Shown one piece after another: positions 26,448 through 32,000 of a DNA stretch of 32,000 bases. The number at the start of each line of letters is the position of its first letter. The first letter of the stretch is position 1. Location of the stretch: contig OW818653.1 in assembly GCA_942492995.1 (NCBI GenBank), forward strand, positions 420,001-452,000, in the 5' to 3' direction. The stretch is from an uncultured Erysipelotrichaceae bacterium (GTDB lineage: Bacteria > Bacillota_I > Bacilli_A > Erysipelotrichales > Erysipelotrichaceae). Both the position numbers and the translations under genes were made by a program. The notes beneath the pieces are model-generated. The model did not search any database. It had not been told where the DNA came from and was given only the letters and a program-made list of their open reading frames with translations.

Positions 26448-26867
26448 ATGGGACAAAATGTAACAGCACAACTAGAATTTAAAAAAGACTTTAAAGGCAA
26501 ACTTATTTTAAGAGAAGGCGAAATAGGCATCGGAATTGAACCCAATGAGGCAAGACCCTATGATTTATTACAAGGTGCATTAGTATCTTGTTTACATTCT
26601 ACCTTACTTGAAATACTCGTAAAAAAACGTATCGAAATCGAATCCGTTTCATACCGTGTCAGTGGCGAAAAAAGAGATGAAATACCAACGACTCTAAAAT
26701 CTGTCACAATTGAAGCCGAATTCGTAACCCTCGCAAGTGAAGAACAAATCCGTAAATCCATGGAACTTGCAAGTAAATATTGTTCGGTATATAATACATT
26801 GGCTCAAGTCGCAGAAATGAAAATAAACCTGAGCATCAAACCATATGACAATAAACAAACTACGTAA
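26448..26867 (+). CDS. OsmC/Ohr-family protein
   Basis: 139 aa. PYDLLQGALVSCLHSTL and ASKYCSVYNTL contain the two conserved Cys positions of the OsmC family. Confidence 0.75.
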   Translation: MGQNVTAQLEFKKDFKGKLILREGEIGIGIEPNEARPYDLLQGALVSCLHSTLLEILVKKRIEIESVSYRVSGEKRDEIPTTLKSVTIEAEFVTLASEEQIRKSMELASKYCSVYNTLAQVAEMKINLSIKPYDNKQTT

Positions 26868-28236
26868 AAAACTACGTAACTCTCTCAGCCCAGCTCAACA
26901 AATCGCCTTAAGCTTCGCGTCAGTCATCTTAACCGGCGCTTTTTTGTTGAATTTGCCCATAAGTAATCGCATCGAAGGCGCAACCTTTATCGACCATCTT
27001 TTTACATCCACATCCGCAGTATGCGTTACTGGATTATCGACAATCGTCGTCGCTGAACAATATACAACATTTGGACATTGGGTAATTATTGCATTAATGC
27101 AAGTCGGTGGACTTGGATTAATGACACTTATAGCCGTGTTTGTTATCTTCTTATCTGGAAAATTATCGATCTCAAATCGTTTAGCATTAAATGAAGCAGT
27201 AAACTTCTTTAATCTCAATGATTTCCATCATTTTATAAAGAATATTCTAAAATACACGATTATATTTGAATCGATTGGATTCTTACTCTATACAACACGC
27301 TTTGTGCCACAATTTGGATGGTCAAGTGGCTTGTTCATCTCATTATTTACAGCCGTCTCCGCATTTGTAAATGCAGGCTTAGATATTATTGGTCCAGTAA
27401 GCCTACAAGCATATGCACATGATCCAATTGTAAACTTTACAACCATGTACTTAATCGTAGTAGGGGGCTTAGGCTTTGGCGTTTGGTTTGATTTATCACA
27501 AGGAAGTAAATCCTTAATCCGTAAATCACATCCACTACAGTATGTAGTTAAACACTTAAAAGTACATACAAAGATTGTTATTACGACAACCTTGGCCTTA
27601 ATCTTTGGTGGAGCACTCTTAATTTTACTCATCGAATTTAACAATCCGAATACCATTCAATCCTTTAGTTTCTTCGATAAAATCATGGCATCACTCTTCC
27701 AATCCGTCACAACACGTACCGCTGGCTTCGCTACACTCAATATGGCAAGCATGAAAGCTGCGACCTTGTTAATTATGATGTTACTGATGTTTATTGGGGG
27801 ATCACCTGGCGGTACAGCTGGGGGGATAAAAACCACCACCTTCGCTATCTTAGTATTAATGATCGTATCTGAATTACGTAATAAAAAAGAAATTATCGTT
27901 TTCAATCGTAAAATCGAACGTGAACAATTCAGAAAAGCATTCGTAATCGCATTTATCTTATTAATGACTGTTACGACTGGTATAATATTATTGCTTATGA
28001 CAGAACCATTTGATCTACTTAGTATCGCATTTGAATCAATCTCTGCGATTGCGACAGTAGGATTATCCATGGGTATTACATCAAGTTTAAGCTATATTGG
28101 TAAAGTAATTATTATTAGTTTAATGTATCTCGGTAGAATTGGACCACTCACTTTGATGTTGTCAATTGGACGCAAACAAAGTAGTAAGAAAGGGCAAGAC
28201 ATAAGTTATCCTTCAGCGGATATCTTAATTGGTTAA
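26845..28236 (+). CDS. ktrB: TrkH/KtrB-family potassium uptake membrane subunit
   Basis: LSPAQQIALSFASVILTGAFLLNLP, SAVCVTGLS, MQVGGLGLMT, FVNAGLD, RTAGFATL, IGGSPGGTAGGIKTTT (selectivity-filter-like MPM repeats). Overlaps osmC by 23 nt. Confidence 0.9.
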   Translation: MTINKLRKKLRNSLSPAQQIALSFASVILTGAFLLNLPISNRIEGATFIDHLFTSTSAVCVTGLSTIVVAEQYTTFGHWVIIALMQVGGLGLMTLIAVFVIFLSGKLSISNRLALNEAVNFFNLNDFHHFIKNILKYTIIFESIGFLLYTTRFVPQFGWSSGLFISLFTAVSAFVNAGLDIIGPVSLQAYAHDPIVNFTTMYLIVVGGLGFGVWFDLSQGSKSLIRKSHPLQYVVKHLKVHTKIVITTTLALIFGGALLILLIEFNNPNTIQSFSFFDKIMASLFQSVTTRTAGFATLNMASMKAATLLIMMLLMFIGGSPGGTAGGIKTTTFAILVLMIVSELRNKKEIIVFNRKIEREQFRKAFVIAFILLMTVTTGIILLLMTEPFDLLSIAFESISAIATVGLSMGITSSLSYIGKVIIISLMYLGRIGPLTLMLSIGRKQSSKKGQDISYPSADILIG

Positions 28237-28240
28237 AACA

Positions 28241-28909
28241 ATGAAACGTAAATCATTCGCAATCTTAGGCTTAGGAATATTTGGATCCACTATGGCAAAA
28301 ACACTCAGTGAGTATGGATACGATGTCATCGGAATCGACCAAGACTCCGTAAACGTTGACCGTGTCAGTGAATTCGCAACCCAAGCTGTACAAGCAGACT
28401 TTACAGATATTGATCAACTACGTGCCATTGGAGTCCAAGACGTCGATGTCGCAGTTATCGCTACGGGTAGTAAATTAGAAGCCTCTGTAATGGCTGTTCT
28501 ACATTTAAAAGAATTGGGTGTTCCATTCATTTTAGCTAAGGCAAAAAATAAAGTGTATATGCAAATTCTATTAAAAGTCGGAGCTGACCGTGTTGTACGC
28601 CCTGAAAAAGAAATGGGCGAACGTGTAGCGAAATCATTAATGAGTCAAAACATTATCGATATGGTCGATATTGACGATGATTACAGCATGATGGAACTCT
28701 CAGCACCTAAAGATTGGGTTGGTAAGAAACTTGTTAACCTAGATCTTAGAGCACGATTCGGCGTAAATGTATTAGGTGTACGTGCTACTGAAAACGCAAA
28801 ACTTGATTTCGGTATTAATGCGGACTACATCATTCACGAAGAAGACACATTGCTTGTCATCGTTGAGAACAATAAGTTTGAAGAATTAGAATATCAAGGA
28901 AAAATCTAG
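28241..28909 (+). CDS. ktrA: TrkA/KtrA-family potassium uptake peripheral (RCK, NAD-binding) subunit
   Basis: FAILGLGIFGSTMAKTLSEYGYDVIGID Rossmann motif, plus a TrkA-C-like C-terminal domain. I prefer the ATG at 28241. The ORF-track TTG at 28229 overlaps the ktrB stop. Confidence 0.88.
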   Translation: MKRKSFAILGLGIFGSTMAKTLSEYGYDVIGIDQDSVNVDRVSEFATQAVQADFTDIDQLRAIGVQDVDVAVIATGSKLEASVMAVLHLKELGVPFILAKAKNKVYMQILLKVGADRVVRPEKEMGERVAKSLMSQNIIDMVDIDDDYSMMELSAPKDWVGKKLVNLDLRARFGVNVLGVRATENAKLDFGINADYIIHEEDTLLVIVENNKFEELEYQGKI

Positions 28910-28932
28910 AACAGCAATGCTGTTCTTTTTTA
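28908..28932 (+). terminator. Rho-independent terminator after ktrA
   Basis: AGAACAGC (28908-28915), loop AAT, GCTGTTCT (28919-28926), then TTTTTTAT. Confidence 0.75.
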
Positions 28933-28941
28933 TGACATTTC

Positions 28942-28970
28942 TTGTAAGTCACTGGTTAGAGCCTTATAAT
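28942..28970 (+). promoter_or_regulatory. Near-consensus sigma-A promoter of the arginase-glpK unit
   Basis: TTGTAA (28942-28947), 17-nt spacer, TATAAT (28965-28970). ATG codons lie at 28975 and 28978, only 4 and 7 nt after the -10. Confidence 0.6.
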
Positions 28971-28974
28971 AGGA

Positions 28975-29811
28975 ATGATGAAAACGATAAAACGAATTGG
29001 CGTAGTCCTAAAAGAAGGTTGCGATATCAATGGTGGTCAATACGCCATGGATGTTTTAAGTCAATCAATAAAATTAGATACTGTAATCAAAGTAAATGAA
29101 ACATTAATCAAGGTCCAAAACCCGCTCTATTTAGATGCGGTAGTCGATCTAAATCAACGCTTAAAGAAAGAAGTTGAACAAACAATAAGTGAAGGAAGTT
29201 TTCCTTTAGTCTTTGGTGGTGATCATGCTTTAGCTATTGGTTCAATAAGTGCAGTTGCGCAAGAAGGACATGCGATTCTATGGATTGATGCGCATGGTGA
29301 CTGTAATACAGTAGAATCCAGTGATTCTAAACGTATTCATGGTATGCCATTGGCTGTCCTACAAGGACACGGTCATCCTGATCTCATTAATCTCGTCCAT
29401 CAAACAGTAGAATCAAACAATATTATGTTAATCGGCATACGTTCACTCGATGATGAAGAAGAACGCCTAATGAGTTTATGGGGTGTTCATTGGATTACCA
29501 TGGTTGAAATACGTAAACAGGGTATTGATTGGTTAAACGAACAAGTAAACAGATTTGTCCAAGATAAGAAACATCTACATGTATCCTTCGATTGTGATAG
29601 TATGGACCCTAGTCTATTTCCTGGCGTTAATACACCAGTCAAAGATGGCTTTAAACCATATGAAATATTACCTCTAATCAAACATGTACTAAATCATCCT
29701 GGTATCAGTAGTATGGATATTGTCGAGTTTAATCCAACTCGTGATCAAGGTTCAACCCTTGACTTAATTAAAACATTAAATCAAATGGTGATTGAAACCA
29801 TCGAGGTGTAA
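28975..29811 (+). CDS. rocF: Arginase (ureohydrolase family)
   Basis: Colinear with Bacillus RocF as I recall it: FPLVFGGDHALAIGS, ILWIDAHGDCNTVESSDSKRIHGMPLAV, LIGIRSLDDEE, HVSFDCDSMDPSLFPGVNTPV, MDIVEFNP (the Mn ligands). The start could be the second ATG at 28978. Confidence 0.78.
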   Translation: MMKTIKRIGVVLKEGCDINGGQYAMDVLSQSIKLDTVIKVNETLIKVQNPLYLDAVVDLNQRLKKEVEQTISEGSFPLVFGGDHALAIGSISAVAQEGHAILWIDAHGDCNTVESSDSKRIHGMPLAVLQGHGHPDLINLVHQTVESNNIMLIGIRSLDDEEERLMSLWGVHWITMVEIRKQGIDWLNEQVNRFVQDKKHLHVSFDCDSMDPSLFPGVNTPVKDGFKPYEILPLIKHVLNHPGISSMDIVEFNPTRDQGSTLDLIKTLNQMVIETIEV

Positions 29812-29813
29812 GT

Positions 29814-31304
29814 ATGAGTTATATTTGTGCAATCGATCAAGGGACAAGCTCAAGTAGAGCGATGATCTTTGATCAAAATCTTAACTGTGTTGCGTCAGCG
29901 CAAACAGAAATAAATGCGTACTATCCACATCCTGGATGGGTTGAACAAGACCCACTCGAGATATTAAATTCAGTCATAAAGGTAGTTAAAGAGGCATTAT
30001 CAAACGCTTCACTTAATGCCAGTGATTTAAGTTCATTTGCGATTACCAATCAACGTGAAACAACCATCGTATGGGAAAAATCAACCGGTGAAGCAGTTTA
30101 TCCTGCAATCGTATGGCAATCACGTCAATCTGCTTTCTATTGTGAAGACCTTAAACAAAAAGGGTTTGAACCATTCGTTAAAAAGAAAACTGGACTTGTG
30201 ATCGATTCATACTTCTCCGCAAGTAAAATACGTTTTATCCTCGATGAAATCAAAGATGGACAAGAACGTGCAGATGCCGGAGAGTTATTATTTGGTACAA
30301 TCGACACATGGCTCGTTTATCATTTATCTATGGGTAAATACTTTGTGAGTGATGTAAGTAATGCGTCACGTACACTTCTAATGAACATTGAGAAATGTCA
30401 GTGGGATCCTAAATTGCTCGATATTTGGAACATTCCTCTATCCATGTGTGCTGAGATTGTCGATACAGCAGGGAATATCGCTGTATGTGATAAACATTGG
30501 TTTGGAATTGATGTGCCGATTAGCGCAATCGTTGGCGACCAACAATCAGCTTTATTTGGTCAACTCTGTTTAAATGCAGGGGATGTCAAGAATACCTATG
30601 GAACAGGTTGTTTCCTACTAATGAATACAGGTGATCAACGCATTGAATCAAAGAATGGTTTACTAACTACTGTAGCTTGGCGTAAACATGGTAAAATAAC
30701 CTATGCGCTAGAAGGTTCGGTGTTTGTGGCAGGTGCCGCTATACAATGGTTACGCGATGGTCTACATCTTATAAGTACGTCAAGTGAATCTGAAACAAAG
30801 GCATTAAGTATTCCTTCCAGTGATGGAGTGGTTGTCGTACCGGCATTTGTAGGACTTGGTGCACCGTATTGGCAAAGCGATGTACAAGGCGCAATCTTTG
30901 GCTTAACACGCGGCACAACCGATGCACATATTGTACGTGCTACCCTTGAATCACTCGCATTACAAACCTACGATGTTGTCGAGGCGATGCAAGAAGATTC
31001 AATGATTAAATTAACCAAATTACAAGTTGATGGAGGCGCAAGTCAAAACAACTATCTTATGGAATTTCAAGCTGGCTTACTCGGAGTGGATGTCATCCGA
31101 CCAGCGATTTCAGAAACCACAGCCCTTGGCGCATGTATGTTAGCCGGATTAGCGGTGGGTGTATTCAAAGATGAAGCAGAACTTTTCAGTAAATGGAAAA
31201 CAGCGAAACGCTTCTTACCGGATATGACGAAATCGAAACAAATCGACATTCTAGAACAGTGGAAACGCGCCATCAAAGCTGTGTTGTCGTTTAAAGAACA
31301 TTAA
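29814..31304 (+). CDS. glpK: Glycerol kinase
   Basis: YICAIDQGTSSSRAMIF, ITNQRETTIVWEK, VWQSRQS, FGTIDTWLVYHL, GDQQSALFGQ, VDGGASQNNYLMEFQA. SD GAGGTG at 29803-29808. Confidence 0.95.
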   Translation: MSYICAIDQGTSSSRAMIFDQNLNCVASAQTEINAYYPHPGWVEQDPLEILNSVIKVVKEALSNASLNASDLSSFAITNQRETTIVWEKSTGEAVYPAIVWQSRQSAFYCEDLKQKGFEPFVKKKTGLVIDSYFSASKIRFILDEIKDGQERADAGELLFGTIDTWLVYHLSMGKYFVSDVSNASRTLLMNIEKCQWDPKLLDIWNIPLSMCAEIVDTAGNIAVCDKHWFGIDVPISAIVGDQQSALFGQLCLNAGDVKNTYGTGCFLLMNTGDQRIESKNGLLTTVAWRKHGKITYALEGSVFVAGAAIQWLRDGLHLISTSSESETKALSIPSSDGVVVVPAFVGLGAPYWQSDVQGAIFGLTRGTTDAHIVRATLESLALQTYDVVEAMQEDSMIKLTKLQVDGGASQNNYLMEFQAGLLGVDVIRPAISETTALGACMLAGLAVGVFKDEAELFSKWKTAKRFLPDMTKSKQIDILEQWKRAIKAVLSFKEH

Positions 31305-31305
31305 C

Positions 31306-31686
31306 ATGAATCGTTATGATAAAGCATTGGTTATATTCATCCTAATTAGCTCTGTAGTGCTCTATGGCAGTATGGAGTGGTTTGTGCGCGCAAGTACAAA
31401 CGATAAGGTTGTTGCGGTTGTATCGTATCGCGAAGAAGAAGTTCTTCGTATCGATATGAGTGTAGATAATACCTATATCGTCGAAGGAACACTCGGTGAT
31501 GTATTTATTGAAGTAAAAGATAAAGCATTACGTGTTGAAAAAGAAACATCGCCATATCATCTTTGTTCCATTCAAGGATGGGTTGAGTTTGCGAATGTTC
31601 CAATCGTTTGTTTACCCAATCATATTGTGATTATGATTGAGAATGCGGAAGTCAATCCAGATGGAGAGGATAGTGTGATTCAATGA
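31306..31686 (+). CDS. NusG domain II-containing (DUF1312-like) small membrane-anchored protein
   Basis: N-terminal TM helix (ALVIFILISSVVLYG), then a beta-rich domain with the C-terminal ...CSIQGWV...VPIVCLPN... motif typical of this family. The usual partner gene follows, with an ATGA overlap. Confidence 0.6.
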   Translation: MNRYDKALVIFILISSVVLYGSMEWFVRASTNDKVVAVVSYREEEVLRIDMSVDNTYIVEGTLGDVFIEVKDKALRVEKETSPYHLCSIQGWVEFANVPIVCLPNHIVIMIENAEVNPDGEDSVIQ

Positions 31687-32000
31687 GAAAACATAGTCCA
31701 ACCCGTCGTTTAACACTTATTACCATGTTGCTCGCAATGAGCATTTTAATGCATATGATCGAACCATCTTTACCGATTCCAATTCCTGGGGTTAAACTTG
31801 GTTTAGCGAATATCTTGGGCTTAATCACCTTAATCTTATTTGATGTAAAATCAATGATTATGTTAAACCTAATGCGAGTTATCATTGCGTCCCTTCTTAG
31901 AGGGATTATTTTTGGGACAGGCTTCTGGTTATCCATGGGAGGCGTTGTCGCTAGTACACTTATTACATTAATTTTATATAAAACAAAGAAATTTACACCG
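31683..32000 (+). CDS. Gx transporter family protein (formerly heptaprenyl diphosphate synthase component I-like), 3'-partial
   Basis: Hand-translated; absent from the ORF track because it runs off the window. MRKHSPTRRLTLITMLLAMSILMHMIEPSLPIPIPGVKLGLANILGLITLILFDVKSMIMLNLMRVIIASLLRGIIFGTGFWLSMGGVVAS, including the family-typical IPGVKLGLANI and LLRG..FGT motifs. The antisense ORF 31652-31936 is therefore spurious. Confidence 0.7.
   Translation, partial: MRKHSPTRRLTLITMLLAMSILMHMIEPSLPIPIPGVKLGLANILGLITLILFDVKSMIMLNLMRVIIASLLRGIIFGTGFWLSMGGVVASTLITLILYKTKKFTP

Noticed and set aside
4604-28240. Longer ORF-track start codons: TTG 4604, ATG 5923, GTG 9002, ATG 22472, TTG 28229.
   Set aside because: Each overlaps the upstream gene or its stop, or lies inside or ahead of the SD that serves a downstream ATG (4622, 5956, 9011, 22526, 28241). 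I used the downstream ATGs, but the choice is not experimentally verified.
28917-29099. 60-aa ORF overlapping the ktrA terminator and the start of the arginase gene.
   Set aside because: It starts inside the terminator hairpin or T-tract and has no SD. It is out of frame with the well-supported arginase CDS, whose promoter lies inside it.
1815-31936. Antisense or out-of-frame ORFs of 60-137 aa in the ORF track: 1815-2009, 2905-3243, 4304-4513, 4319-4507, 4630-4812, 6339-6521, 10009-10245, 10291-10476, 10757-10954, 11069-11407, 14753-14935, 17967-18200, 21358-21678, 21748-22143, 25680-25877, 26558-26761, 26895-27218, 27288-27656, 27657-28070, 29487-29681, 30388-30573, 30701-30916, 31067-31276, 31652-31936.
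   Set aside because: Each lies wholly or largely inside a longer ORF that has clear family motifs. They lack SD sites and have low-complexity or odd composition. They are typical shadow ORFs.

Overview
Low-GC Bacillota-type chromosomal window using the standard genetic code, with GGAGG-type Shine-Dalgarno (SD) sites. No rRNA, tRNA, CRISPR array, transposase or integrase was seen. (1) nt 1-16263, all on the + strand, is a Wzx/Wzy-dependent capsule/exopolysaccharide locus. It holds a 5'-truncated CapD-type 4,6-dehydratase, a DegT aminotransferase and a small initiating phosphoglycosyl transferase. It also holds four GT2/GT-A and one GT4 glycosyltransferases, Wzy, Wzx and a TupA-like ATP-grasp amidoligase. 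Sugar-nucleotide enzymes are UDP-GlcNAc 2-epimerase and two UDP-sugar 6-dehydrogenases. The central part is extremely AT-rich and is broken by two non-coding gaps. (2) nt 16373-19687 is an AT-rich orphan three-gene cassette: a C-terminally membrane-anchored protein of unknown function, a 718-aa fusion of an N-terminal PHP phosphoesterase domain to an ABC/SMC-like ATPase, and an overlapping 101-aa acidic protein. I cannot assign it to any named system, and I consider it the best candidate for an undescribed defence/conflict module. It is followed (19724-19916) by a 21-bp inverted repeat enclosing an unannotated SD-preceded 36-codon hydrophobic peptide ORF, then a rho-independent terminator (20005-20035). 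(3) nt 20100-32000 is core genome: Mrp/ApbC, CysE, a CvpA-like protein, an S24/S26-like protein, purA plus a coupled unknown gene (- strand), a COG2509 FAD protein (- strand), OsmC-KtrB-KtrA, arginase, glpK, a NusG-domain-II protein and a 3'-truncated Gx transporter. Two of these units (osmC, arginase) have near-consensus promoters positioned so that the mRNA would be leaderless.
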